This document shows positions 9,276-18,084 of a DNA stretch of 35,265 nt, piece by piece; the first letter of the stretch is position 1; every line of letters begins with the position of its first letter. Position numbers and translations under genes: made by a program. Source of the stretch: a virus. Its lineage: Duplodnaviria; Heunggongvirae; Uroviricota; Caudoviricetes. A model generated the notes under the pieces. That model was not told where the DNA came from, did no database searches, and was given only the letters and a program-made list of their open reading frames with translations. The DNA is taken from IMG/VR virus record IMGVR_UViG_2579778866_000006; one strand, written 5' to 3'.

Positions 9276-9809
9276 ATGATGCACTTAAAAAACATTACTG
9301 CTGGCAATCCTAAAACAAAAGAGCAATATCAGCTAACAAAGCAATTTAACATCAAATGGCTTTATACAGAGGATGGAAAAAACTGGTATGAGGAACAAAA
9401 GAATTTCCAGTCTGATACGTTGAAAATGGTCTATGACCATAACGGCGTTATTATTTGTATTGAAAAGGATGTTTCAGCAATTAATCCAGAAGGCGCAAGC
9501 GTCGTTGAATTACCTGATATTACAGCAAATCGCCGGGCTGATATTTCGGGTAAATGGATGTTCAAAGATGGCGTAGTGGTAAAGCGAACTTATACCGAGG
9601 AAGAGCAGAGGCAACAAGCGGAAAATGAAAAGCAAAGCTTGCTACAGCTCGTCAGGGATAAAACCCAGCTATGGGACTCACAGCTACGGCTGGGCATCAT
9701 TTCCGACGAGAATAAACAAAAATTAACAGAGTGGATGCTCTACGCGCAGAAAGTCGAATCCACAGACACCTCCAGCCTGCCAGTAACATTTCCCGAACAA
9801 CCTGAATGA
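9276..9809 (+). CDS. Tail fibre assembly protein, alternative copy (G'/U'-like)
   Basis: 177 aa; N-terminus [24 protein letters not shown] is nearly identical to the oppositely oriented 9838..10365 gene; C-terminus diverges. Confidence 0.85.
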   Translation: MMHLKNITAGNPKTKEQYQLTKQFNIKWLYTEDGKNWYEEQKNFQSDTLKMVYDHNGVIICIEKDVSAINPEGASVVELPDITANRRADISGKWMFKDGVVVKRTYTEEEQRQQAENEKQSLLQLVRDKTQLWDSQLRLGIISDENKQKLTEWMLYAQKVESTDTSSLPVTFPEQPE

Positions 9810-9810
9810 G

Positions 9811-9840
9811 ACAAGGCCCGCTATCGGGCCTTAATTTTTA
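9811..9840 (+). terminator. Terminator-like hairpin between the two convergent tail fibre assembly genes
   Basis: Stem aggccc / gggcct followed by taattttta. Confidence 0.45.
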
Positions 9841-10365
9841 TTCAGGCTTTTGTGGCCATTCGGGATTTGCTGTATCCACACGGCTGACCAGAACGCTGTA
9901 GCGTTCCCATGACTCCAGTCGTGCGCGTTCCTCATCCGTCGCCATGTTCAGCCTGACAGCGCGTTCCAGTGGCTGGATAACTGATTCAGCTTCGGAAAGT
10001 AATGCGGCCTTTTGTGATTTGGCCTGTTGTTGCTGTTCGTCTGCCGTATAAATCCGCTTAACTACAGCCCCGTCCTTAAACATCCACTTACCTGAATCAT
10101 CGGCACGGCGATTAGCTGTAATATCAGGAACTTCAACGACGCTATAGCCTTCAGGGTTAAGCGTGGAGGCATCTTTGGTGATGGCGACAATAATATTATT
10201 CTCGTCATAAAGAATTTTTATTGTGTCTTCCTGAAAGTTCTTTAATTCCTCGTACCAGTTTTTCCCATCTTCTGACCACAACCAGATAACATCAAAATTC
10301 TTTGTTAGCTGATATTGCTCTTTTGTTTTAGGATTGCCAGCAGTAATGTTTTTTAAATGCTGCAT
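9838..10365 (-). CDS. G: Tail fibre assembly protein G, currently expressed copy
   Basis: 175 aa; immediately downstream of H on the same strand; N-terminus [24 protein letters not shown]. Confidence 0.85.
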   Translation of the reverse strand: MQHLKNITAGNPKTKEQYQLTKNFDVIWLWSEDGKNWYEELKNFQEDTIKILYDENNIIVAITKDASTLNPEGYSVVEVPDITANRRADDSGKWMFKDGAVVKRIYTADEQQQQAKSQKAALLSEAESVIQPLERAVRLNMATDEERARLESWERYSVLVSRVDTANPEWPQKPE

Positions 10366-10368
10366 GAT

Positions 10369-12387
10369 TTATACCTGTGCAACGTTATACCATGTGCCAT
10401 TGATGTATTTTTGTATTGGTCTGAACACAGCCGGATCATCGCCATCAACTTCGCCGACAATGCCAAGCCCCGTAATTGCATGGCCTGATTTTTCATACAT
10501 CACGCCTTTTTGCATAGTTTGAACAACACGCGTGCCAAGTCTGACATCTCTCACATAGCGTGAATCAAAATTCCCCCAGTTGCTGGGTTGTATCTGACCG
10601 TTTACAGCAAATATCACCGAGTTATCTGTATTTCGCTGACTATAGAAATGCCAGCCTGAATCATCACCAAGCTCTGCAACAGTTGGTCTTGATGAAGTGC
10701 CCCATAAATTAAACCCTACGTTCTTCGTGGAGTTGTTGGAGCTGGATAGCGTGAATTTTTTACCATCCCCAGCCTGAATATTTTTAAAAGCAATAGCCAC
10801 TCCATTCTGAAAGCGGAATACACGCTGACTATTAGCATAAACATCAAGAATACCGTCTCCATTCTGTTTAAATCCGGTATCATTATCACCAAGAGCAATA
10901 GAGCTACCACCTAACGCATTCGTCGTACCAACTCCAAGGCTGCCATTAATGACGGCATTAACAAGAATATTTAGTGCATCCCATTTCAGCGTCATCAGGT
11001 CTTTTGTTGTGGTGCTTTGTTTGCTTCTCCATTTGAAATATTCATTGCCGTTGTCACCTGTCTCAAACCACATGTATGAATCAGTGTCACCATCGGCATC
11101 ATTTTTAAATCCAATCTTCGCCCAGTCAGTATTTCGAATCCAGGCAAGGATTGAGTCATTTTCAAAAGTAAGCCCACCGGACAAAGTATCGCCATTTTTT
11201 TGCACGGCGTTACCAGCCCTGTTTACCGTTTCCTGTAAACCGAGGTATTCGATAACGGCAGCAACGGTCGATTTCGCAAGAATATCCCGCCCGACTTTTG
11301 TCAGGGTTGCCAGGCTGGCGACATCATTCCCCGTAAAATACGGAAACTTGTCTGCCGCAGTAGCAAGCCCGGCCAGCGCCGTCAGGGTGGCATCTTTCGG
11401 TTGCTTACCCGCAAGCGCGTTAGTCATGGTGGTCGCAAAATTCGGGTCGTTTCCCAGCGCCGCCGCTAACTCGTTCAGTGTATTCAGTGCGTCAGGTGAC
11501 GAATCTACAAGGGCGGCAATCGCAGCCATAACGAAAGCCGTGCTTGCTATTTGGGTATTATTCGTTCCCTGTCGCGCAGTTGGCGTTGTTGGCGTTCCGG
11601 TCAGCGCAGGACTGTTTAAGGGCGCTTTCTTGTTCGTTTCATCCATTACCGCCTTAACCGCTTTCGATGTCGCGGCCAGTGTTTCAGACGTGCTGTTGGT
11701 GGCACTACTGAGCTGGACTATCCCTTTTTGTGCCGTCGTGGCGTCCTGAGCGGTATATTTTGCGTTAGCCAGGTCATACGCGGCCTTAACCGCTTTCGGC
11801 GTTGCAGCCAGCGTTTCAGAATCGCTGTTAGTGGCGCTACTGAGTTGAACAAAGCCTTTTGCGGTCAGCGAGGCGTCCGGGTGACGTCGTGACTGTTCAT
11901 GCTCTTTCAGTTTGTCATCCACGTAATCCACTGTGGCCATCACCATGGTGTTATCCACGGTAAGCGCCACGGTGGCAGTGCTGGATACGGTCAGAATGGT
12001 GCGAAATGTTTGTGCACGCCCGGACCCTTCGGCAACGGCTGGCTTGTAACTTTCGGCAGTATTGCCCACCGCGATTAAATCGCCGTGCTCATCAAATACA
12101 CCAATTTCCCGGATCCAGAATCCGCCCGTTTCAGGAGGAATAACCAGCTCCGCAATAATGCGGTTCTGATGTGTTGCGTCCAGGATGACGCGATTAACAG
12201 TGTGTCGCCACACCTCATGCACCAGACGGGTCTGCTTACTGTCTGGTGTGGGCAATGTACCGCCACCATCGCCCACGGCCATATGAGTCAGGCGGACAGG
12301 CTTACCATCTGGCGCGGCTGCCTGCGCTAATTTTTTGGTACCAGTATCAGTGATAATGGTTTTAAATTTTCGTGTTGTGGTACTCAT
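10369..12387 (-). CDS. H: Tail fibre protein H (constant N-terminal part plus currently joined variable C-terminal cassette)
   Basis: 672 aa; internal tandem Ala/Thr/Ser-rich repeats (GFVQLSSATNSDSETLAATPKAVKAAYD, duplicated); gix-like site lies in-frame at codons about 379-386 (IEYLGLQE). Confidence 0.9.
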   Translation of the reverse strand: MSTTTRKFKTIITDTGTKKLAQAAAPDGKPVRLTHMAVGDGGGTLPTPDSKQTRLVHEVWRHTVNRVILDATHQNRIIAELVIPPETGGFWIREIGVFDEHGDLIAVGNTAESYKPAVAEGSGRAQTFRTILTVSSTATVALTVDNTMVMATVDYVDDKLKEHEQSRRHPDASLTAKGFVQLSSATNSDSETLAATPKAVKAAYDLANAKYTAQDATTAQKGIVQLSSATNSTSETLAATSKAVKAVMDETNKKAPLNSPALTGTPTTPTARQGTNNTQIASTAFVMAAIAALVDSSPDALNTLNELAAALGNDPNFATTMTNALAGKQPKDATLTALAGLATAADKFPYFTGNDVASLATLTKVGRDILAKSTVAAVIEYLGLQETVNRAGNAVQKNGDTLSGGLTFENDSILAWIRNTDWAKIGFKNDADGDTDSYMWFETGDNGNEYFKWRSKQSTTTKDLMTLKWDALNILVNAVINGSLGVGTTNALGGSSIALGDNDTGFKQNGDGILDVYANSQRVFRFQNGVAIAFKNIQAGDGKKFTLSSSNNSTKNVGFNLWGTSSRPTVAELGDDSGWHFYSQRNTDNSVIFAVNGQIQPSNWGNFDSRYVRDVRLGTRVVQTMQKGVMYEKSGHAITGLGIVGEVDGDDPAVFRPIQKYINGTWYNVAQV
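11230..11255. other. gix-like 26-bp inversion crossover site inside H (right end of invertible segment)
   Basis: TTCCTGTAAACCGAGGTATTCGATAA on the plus strand, inverted relative to the site at about 8552-8577; 22 of 26 positions match Mu gix. Confidence 0.8.
11638..11856 (-). repeat. Tandem in-frame duplication (two units of about 44 codons) within tail fibre gene H
   Basis: Protein repeats GFVQLSSATNSDSETLAATPKAVKAAYD and GIVQLSSATNSTSETLAATSKAVKAVMD; the DNA units are visibly similar. Confidence 0.6.
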
Positions 12388-12389
12388 GC

Positions 12390-12953
12390 TTAATCGTCCG
12401 GATAAATGGTAATGACTTCACCGTCGTAAGTTGCTGCCGCTGCGAAAATATCTCCCGGGATCTCCTGAATGATATTCAGCCCTGTCATGTGGCGGCTGAC
12501 CGGGCGGGCATCAGCAATCAACCGCTCCATTTCCAGATACATTTCCTCCGTCACGCCACTGTCCAGCGTGCCGACTTCAACGGTAAATGTTCCCGGTTCT
12601 CCGCCGAACTCCCACCACTCAGACACGCGAATGAGGTATCCCAGCGGCTCAATGGCCCGGCGCAGTGCGCTGATGGTCCCTTTGTGTCGGTGTATCAGCC
12701 ATGCATCACGAATCACCTGTCGCTTTGTCTCTTCCGGCCAGTTGCGATCCCAGCGGTCAACGGAAAACGCCCAGGCGAGATAAGGCAGCAGATGCACCGG
12801 GCAGGTATCCGGCAACCACAGCGTGTTGAGGTCTACCGGAATGTCTGTAATGCGCGTTCCGACAGCTTCGGCACAACGCATGAAATTGCTGGCTGATGGC
12901 GGTAACAGTGAATTACTCATTACGCCCACCTTCGCTGATGGTGAATGACTCAC
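12390..12953 (-). CDS. I: Baseplate assembly protein I
   Basis: 187-aa ORF between J and H as in P2; the true start is probably an internal Met, since the track ORF overlaps J. Confidence 0.75.
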   Translation of the reverse strand: MSHSPSAKVGVMSNSLLPPSASNFMRCAEAVGTRITDIPVDLNTLWLPDTCPVHLLPYLAWAFSVDRWDRNWPEETKRQVIRDAWLIHRHKGTISALRRAIEPLGYLIRVSEWWEFGGEPGTFTVEVGTLDSGVTEEMYLEMERLIADARPVSRHMTGLNIIQEIPGDIFAAAATYDGEVITIYPDD

Positions 12954-13809
12954 AGCGCGCCGCCTGTATGTCGCTGATGGCCATATTTTGTGTGGGTTCG
13001 ATTATCTCCACGCGTTGCACACCGTGCACATGCAGTGCGGCAGCAATGGCGGACAACGCCACGTCCTGACCGATAAGCCCCTGCTCAGACAGCCACTTCC
13101 TGAACGACGATTCCGCCGCGGCCAGAATAGGTTCGGATTCCGGGCCGGGGTAAAAGTACAGTTTTGCATTCAGCCGCCATGTCACGATTCTGGCACTCTG
13201 TACGGTCAGGCGGTCGGCCACCGGGCGGGTATCCTCTGCATTCAGAACGGCGCGAACGGTATTAAGCAACGCCTCCGTTGCTGTGCCGTCGCCCTCAGTG
13301 GACAGGATGGAAACCGTCACATTTGCCGGAGACGGACTGATAGCCCGCGCATCACGCACCAGACCGCTGGCGCTGCGGGCAAAATACTCGTATGCACCTG
13401 ACGGGCCAGCAACACTCAGGCCGTCGTACGCCCGTTGCGCCCGCAGTCTCAGCGAGGTGTCGCTTTCCATCACCGCGTCGGTGGTATCCGTTGCCGGAGT
13501 GATGGTCAGGCGCTTTGTGTTCATATTGCCCGCGAGGTTGTCCAGGTCTGTCCCGGCGCTGTGGCTTAACATGCAGGCGCGTGCACCCTCATTGACCCGC
13601 TGGCGTAACAGCATTTCACGAAACGCTGTTGTCTGGGCGATAACGTTCAGAGGTTCCGATTCCAGCTCCAGCGCGGCGGAGACGGCTTCACGCTGTTCGG
13701 CGGGATAAGCCGCAATCATCATGGCCTTTGTGTCAGCCAGAATTGCCTCAAAGTCAGGCTCCGCGATGATGGCGGGGTCCGGTAACTGTGAAAGGTCAAC
13801 GGCGGGCAT
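12913..13809 (-). CDS. J: Baseplate assembly protein J
   Basis: 298 aa; position and size match P2 J (W-J-I-H order). Confidence 0.8.
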   Translation of the reverse strand: MPAVDLSQLPDPAIIAEPDFEAILADTKAMMIAAYPAEQREAVSAALELESEPLNVIAQTTAFREMLLRQRVNEGARACMLSHSAGTDLDNLAGNMNTKRLTITPATDTTDAVMESDTSLRLRAQRAYDGLSVAGPSGAYEYFARSASGLVRDARAISPSPANVTVSILSTEGDGTATEALLNTVRAVLNAEDTRPVADRLTVQSARIVTWRLNAKLYFYPGPESEPILAAAESSFRKWLSEQGLIGQDVALSAIAAALHVHGVQRVEIIEPTQNMAISDIQAARCESFTISEGGRNE

Positions 13810-13812
13810 GAT

Positions 13813-14163
13813 TTACTCCCTCAGCGTGATGGTTAATTCAACATTCTGCATGGTCTGCATGACAGTGCCCGACAGCGTCACCCTGGCGCGGCCTCCCGCC
13901 TTCCAGACAACGTCGATGGCATCCAGGGCAATGCGGGGTTCCCATCGTGTCAGCGCAATCACGGCAGCACTCATGCATTGCAGACGCGTGGTGTTATTCA
14001 TGGGTTCGTCAATCAAATCAGGTACAAGGCTGCCATATTCCCGTCGCATAACCCGGCTTGCCAGCGGGGTGGTCAGGATGTCTCTGACTGACTGTTTCAG
14101 GTGCTCCATATCGTTCAGGTTTCCCGTCCCGTCCGGATTCATTCCTGTGTAGCGGGTTGTCAC
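13813..14163 (-). CDS. W: Baseplate wedge protein W (gp25/lysozyme-like family)
   Basis: 116 aa; position between V and J; size matches P2 W. Confidence 0.8.
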   Translation of the reverse strand: MTTRYTGMNPDGTGNLNDMEHLKQSVRDILTTPLASRVMRREYGSLVPDLIDEPMNNTTRLQCMSAAVIALTRWEPRIALDAIDVVWKAGGRARVTLSGTVMQTMQNVELTITLRE

Positions 14164-14741
14164 TGCGGGCCTCCTGTCGAATCGCTGCCGCCTTTCACGC
14201 CACCGTGTTTATGCGTATGCACTGTGATGCCGTTTGAGGTGAAATCGCCGCCGCTGTGCGTGATATTGCCGCTCATCTTTCCCCCTTTTGTGACGTCAAG
14301 CGTCGCTGTTCTCAGAAGGTCTGTGCATTCCACGACAGGCGTGTCCAGTGTCACGCTGACGGATGCCTGCAGGGTGGCCGTTTTCATGCCGCTGGCGCTC
14401 AGTGCGCCTGCGTCCGCGTCGTAGCGGAACACCGCGCCATCCGGCGCGCTGACCACGATTTCTTTCAGGCTTTTGCCGGGGGCCGGACTGGCATCACTCC
14501 ACAGGCTGCCAATTATCATGGCGGTTTCCGGGTTGCCGCCGATGCAGGCAATTACCACCTGTTCGCCTGGTGATGGCGGCAGCCACACATTGAAGGCTCC
14601 CGCGCGCGTGGTGTTCCAGCGCAACCAGCCTGTTTCCAGTTCGCCGCTGCGAACGCGAACGCGCCAGGATTCCTCATCAACTTCAGAGATGATCCCGGTG
14701 CGGATGATGTTGCTCAGTAGCCGCATGAGTTCTGCGCTCAC
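14160..14741 (-). CDS. V: Baseplate spike / assembly protein V
   Basis: 193 aa; C-terminal Gly-rich tip (HTHKHGGVKGGSDSTGGPQ) typical of spike proteins; position as in P2. Confidence 0.8.
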   Translation of the reverse strand: MSAELMRLLSNIIRTGIISEVDEESWRVRVRSGELETGWLRWNTTRAGAFNVWLPPSPGEQVVIACIGGNPETAMIIGSLWSDASPAPGKSLKEIVVSAPDGAVFRYDADAGALSASGMKTATLQASVSVTLDTPVVECTDLLRTATLDVTKGGKMSGNITHSGGDFTSNGITVHTHKHGGVKGGSDSTGGPQ

Positions 14742-15382
14742 CGTACAGCCTCCGCAATCCGGCCCAGCACCGTGTTATAAATCAGGCGTTCATCTGCCTG
14801 ACTGATGCCCAGCAGCTCACGTACCGGGTAATCGGTGAAAATGCCCGGCGCAACCTGATCGCGCTCACCGAACTGATGAACGCGTGCAATACGTGCAGCC
14901 ACGCCGCTGTAACCCACCGTCACACCGGAAGCATCCGCACGGGCTTTCAGGTAGCGGGTGGTGCGCAGTTTTACGAACATGGGGACGCGCTTTGTGCTGT
15001 CCTGGTTGATGCGCCGGGTGCGTATTTCCAGAAAACGGTCGATGTCATCCCGGTAAAACGTGCGGATATTGTTTTTATCCTCATCCCACCCGGTAATGGT
15101 TCGCCCGTATTTCCCCGTGTCGTGATGCCAGTTTTTCAGCGTGCGTGCTTCGTTATTCCAGATAAAGCGAATGCGCTCCTGTATCCGGGTTATGCGGCGT
15201 CTGCGTGGTGTCCATGCGGTCCCGTCCGGCGCTTTCTGTGACCGGATACGTGCCTGCTGGGCGCGACGTAAATCCCGTGCCAGCTTTCTGGCGATGTTAT
15301 TGATGGCCTGCTGATTCAGGCTGTCGCGGATGGCCTCAAAGGTTTCATCCACACGGGTGAATGCCTTATCCATCGCTTTCAC
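14738..15382 (-). CDS. S: Tail completion protein S
   Basis: 214 aa; position after R in the P2 order; start overlaps the R stop. Confidence 0.7.
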   Translation of the reverse strand: MKAMDKAFTRVDETFEAIRDSLNQQAINNIARKLARDLRRAQQARIRSQKAPDGTAWTPRRRRITRIQERIRFIWNNEARTLKNWHHDTGKYGRTITGWDEDKNNIRTFYRDDIDRFLEIRTRRINQDSTKRVPMFVKLRTTRYLKARADASGVTVGYSGVAARIARVHQFGERDQVAPGIFTDYPVRELLGISQADERLIYNTVLGRIAEAVR

Positions 15383-15833
15383 CCCACGTCACATCCTGGA
15401 ATACATGCGACCAGTCGCCTTCGGAAGAGGGCAGACGGGGTTTTGGCTCCGGCAGGTGTTCTGCCTGCGGCGTGCCCTGACTGCTGCGCGTGATGCGAAC
15501 GCGTTCCCGCAGAGGGAGCGTAAACAGGAGATCGGCGCTGTCATCGTCATTGATAACGGCGGAGAATTTGATGTCCTGATTACGCTCCGGATTGAGCAAC
15601 AACTGTGGCTGATTTTCGGATAACCACGCCAGTAGCGGCAGCGTGAGGTCGTCCAGCTCCCCGGCGTAATCCATGACAAACATCACCATCTGATAGCGGT
15701 AAACAAACGAGGGAGTTTCTCCGGTCGTTTCAATGTTGCCGCTCTCCACGAAAATGGTGAATTTTTCCGGGTTAGCCTGACACCATCGGCATGAACGGGT
15801 CATGGCTTCACGCAGGGAATCAGTTTTCAGCAT
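15366..15833 (-). CDS. R: Tail completion protein R
   Basis: 155 aa, same size as P2 R; lies between the lysis cassette and S. Confidence 0.75.
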   Translation of the reverse strand: MLKTDSLREAMTRSCRWCQANPEKFTIFVESGNIETTGETPSFVYRYQMVMFVMDYAGELDDLTLPLLAWLSENQPQLLLNPERNQDIKFSAVINDDDSADLLFTLPLRERVRITRSSQGTPQAEHLPEPKPRLPSSEGDWSHVFQDVTWGESDG

Positions 15834-16140
15834 GGTTGTTGTCCTCGTTGTTCAGTCGTTGCAGCCTGCGCTGTTCCAGTAATTCAATGGCCCGTTTATC
15901 CGCGTTACAGGTTTCCAGTGCATCCAGAAGGCGGTCGCCCCATATACCGAGATTTCCCCATGTGGGAGTGTCAGGGAAGGGGGGAGGCGTTACCGGTATG
16001 GTCAGCGTCTGCGGTATAAGCCGGACTGACGGCGCTGGCAGTGGCGCGTTCTGCGTGCCTGCGCAACCTGTCAGTAAAACGAGCGTCAGGCAAAGCGTGG
16101 GCGCATTCATCTTTTGCAATATCGTTGCGTAGCTGTTCAC
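15820..16140 (-). CDS. Outer-membrane spanin (LysC/Rz1-like lipoprotein), overlapping the i-spanin in another frame
   Basis: 106 aa; signal peptide with lipobox LLTGC; proline-rich; starts inside the 15971..16366 gene, the classic overlapped spanin architecture. Confidence 0.6.
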   Translation of the reverse strand: MNSYATILQKMNAPTLCLTLVLLTGCAGTQNAPLPAPSVRLIPQTLTIPVTPPPFPDTPTWGNLGIWGDRLLDALETCNADKRAIELLEQRRLQRLNNEDNNHAEN

Positions 16141-16366
16141 GTCTGGCCTCTCCGTCCTGATTGCGTTGCTGATTTTCCGCGCGGAGTTGTGCCAGCACCT
16201 GCTGCATATCCTGTACCCCGGCGCTGATGATATTCAGGGTGTCGACGGTACGTTTCAGGGTGCTGGCCTGCGCTTCGTTTCTGGCGTTCTCCCGGCCCAG
16301 CGACCACGACAGACGCAATGCGGCAATCAGAAGAAAAGCGACGCCCAGAGAAGTCCATAACTTCAT
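15971..16366 (-). CDS. Inner-membrane spanin (LysB/Rz-like)
   Basis: 131 aa; N-terminal TM segment (LWTSLGVAFLLIAAL) followed by a charged coiled-coil region; downstream of the endolysin. Confidence 0.6.
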   Translation of the reverse strand: MKLWTSLGVAFLLIAALRLSWSLGRENARNEAQASTLKRTVDTLNIISAGVQDMQQVLAQLRAENQQRNQDGEARREQLRNDIAKDECAHALPDARFTDRLRRHAERATASAVSPAYTADADHTGNASPLP

Positions 16367-16908
16367 GCTGCCACGCGTTCCTTTATCCAGCCGTAGACAA
16401 ACGACTCGTTGGCTTCGCGTTTTTCCGCCAGCTCCAGATAGCGTTCACCCTGTGTACAGTTCAGTGCTGTTAACATCACCATCTCGCCGTCCCGACCGCG
16501 TTTTTCCAGATATGCACGCAATGCGTTAATCGTGCGTGGGCCAGTGCGTCCGTCCGTGTCCATATCGGGATACAGTTTCCCGCCCTGATTGAATACGTTC
16601 AGCCAGCGCTGAAGCATTCTGGTTGCCACAGACGGCCCCATATTTACTCCGGTGTCACACAGTTCTGCGGCAATATCCGGGGACAGCTTCGCTATCTGAT
16701 CAAAACGCGGTCCGTACCAGTAATCAGCTTCAAGGATTTCCAGTGCCTGTCCGCGCGTTAAATCACGCATATCGCCACGGTATCCGTGCGCTCGTGCCAC
16801 CTTTTCAGTGATGCCCCATTTTGTCGGACCGCCTCTGTCATCCGGGTGATTGACGTAGCCGCCTTCTTTGCCAAGAACGGCATCAAAAATTTCGTCTTTC
16901 GATTTCAT
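16363..16908 (-). CDS. Endolysin, glycoside hydrolase family 108-like N-terminal domain with C-terminal peptidoglycan-binding domain
   Basis: 181 aa; N-terminus IFDAVLGKEGGYVNHPDDRGGPTKWGIT is the GH108-type signature; sits in the lysis cassette after the holin. Confidence 0.75.
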   Translation of the reverse strand: MKSKDEIFDAVLGKEGGYVNHPDDRGGPTKWGITEKVARAHGYRGDMRDLTRGQALEILEADYWYGPRFDQIAKLSPDIAAELCDTGVNMGPSVATRMLQRWLNVFNQGGKLYPDMDTDGRTGPRTINALRAYLEKRGRDGEMVMLTALNCTQGERYLELAEKREANESFVYGWIKERVAA

Positions 16909-16962
16909 TTCGTCACCTCTGTGAATGATTTTTATGGTGATTACCGGCTTTAATCCTGTGGC

Positions 16963-17286
16963 TTATTCATCTCCCTTTTGGGTTATGCGGTTAAAGGCGG
17001 CAATGATCTTGTCGCGTGCTTTTTCTGCGCCCATAAAACCGATAGATGCGCCGAAAAACGTCACGGCATCCTCAGGAACTCCGAAGAAGCGCAACGACCC
17101 GGCCACGGCCATGGCAAGAACGCCGCACGCCAGCGATCCCGTTACGGTCTGAACCAGCGTTCGTCCGTCATAAAGACTCATCAGCGCGGAAATGCTGACT
17201 GCCGCGCCTGCTGCATACACCGTTGGCAGGTGGTCAAAGAGCCACGCAATAACCTGCTCTGTGATCCCTGTTTGAATGGTGCTCAC
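16963..17286 (-). CDS. Holin (probable; start placed at an internal GTG preceded by GGGGGAG)
   Basis: Track ORF 16963..17505 overlaps X; the product from the internal start (about 107 aa) has three hydrophobic segments and a charged C-terminus; position X-holin-endolysin as in P2 X-Y-K. Confidence 0.55.
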   Translation of the reverse strand: MSTIQTGITEQVIAWLFDHLPTVYAAGAAVSISALMSLYDGRTLVQTVTGSLACGVLAMAVAGSLRFFGVPEDAVTFFGASIGFMGAEKARDKIIAAFNRITQKGDE

Positions 17287-17288
17287 TA

Positions 17289-17495
17289 CTACTCCCCCCA
17301 CAACTGAATCATTTCTCGTTTCTTCTTCTCCGGCTCCGGCATCTCCACGTCCTGTCCGGCGTCCAGAAATACCTGCTGACAGAGTCCGGGGTTGGCATCC
17401 AGCACCTTTTCGGTGACGCCCTGCGTCGTGCCGTAGTACCGGAAACAGAGCGAATCCACGGTGTCGCCTTCCAGTGCCTTCACTTTCATCAGCAC
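17289..17495 (-). CDS. X: Tail protein X (LysM-like)
   Basis: 68 aa; similar to P2 gpX (ALQGDTLDAICVRYYG.T.GVVE.VL.ANPGL pattern: KALEGDTVDSLCFRYYGTTQGVTEKVLDANPGL). Confidence 0.85.
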   Translation of the reverse strand: MLMKVKALEGDTVDSLCFRYYGTTQGVTEKVLDANPGLCQQVFLDAGQDVEMPEPEKKKREMIQLWGE

Positions 17496-17992
17496 AGCTC
17501 CGCAAAAATTCGCGGGCGGCGCAGAATGTCAGAGATGGCCCAGCTCACATCGCGCCACAAATCCGATGTCTGTATATCCAGCGCGTCCGCCCGGCGGTCG
17601 CCCTTATCCGTTGTGTCCGCATCGCGGTAACGCTCCAGAATCAGGGCGCGTGTGGCGGTATAAACAGCATTGCGCCAGTGCCAGAGATTGACGCTTTCTC
17701 CGTTAATTACGGGTGCCGGAACATCGGCCAGCGTCTGATGGCCAGCCGCCTGCTGTTCCTGCTGCCACGCTTCCAGCTCGCGGGTAACGTGTGCCACGGC
17801 CCCGGTGGCGGTATGCAGCAGGCGGGAGGTGGTCACACGGCCCGGCAGTCGTATCGCCAGACGCAGCTCACGCAGCACAATATCCGGCCAGAATGCACCC
17901 GCTGAAATACGGGTATCACCATCATCGGTATCGGTGATGTCGTCCTCTGCGGGTCCGGGGTTGGTTCTGGCAACCATACTCATGGGGTTCAC
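17489..17992 (-). CDS. L: Head completion/stabilisation protein L
   Basis: 167 aa; position between M and X, size as P2 L. Confidence 0.8.
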   Translation of the reverse strand: MNPMSMVARTNPGPAEDDITDTDDGDTRISAGAFWPDIVLRELRLAIRLPGRVTTSRLLHTATGAVAHVTRELEAWQQEQQAAGHQTLADVPAPVINGESVNLWHWRNAVYTATRALILERYRDADTTDKGDRRADALDIQTSDLWRDVSWAISDILRRPRIFAELC

Positions 17993-18084
17993 TCCTGAAA
18001 AAATCGGGCGGTGGGTGCACGGTGTAAACGGTCACGGAGTCAAACCGGAACACCGCGCACGCCGCCCGCTGACGGGGTCAGTCG

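Noticed and set aside
9276-10365. The two tail fibre assembly genes as an independent duplicated system
   Set aside because: Their inverted, partly identical arrangement is explained by the invertible tail-fibre segment rather than by a separate element.
10949-11749. 266-aa plus-strand ORF inside tail fibre gene H
   Set aside because: Antisense to a confidently identified gene; the low-complexity hydrophobic translation is typical of a shadow frame.
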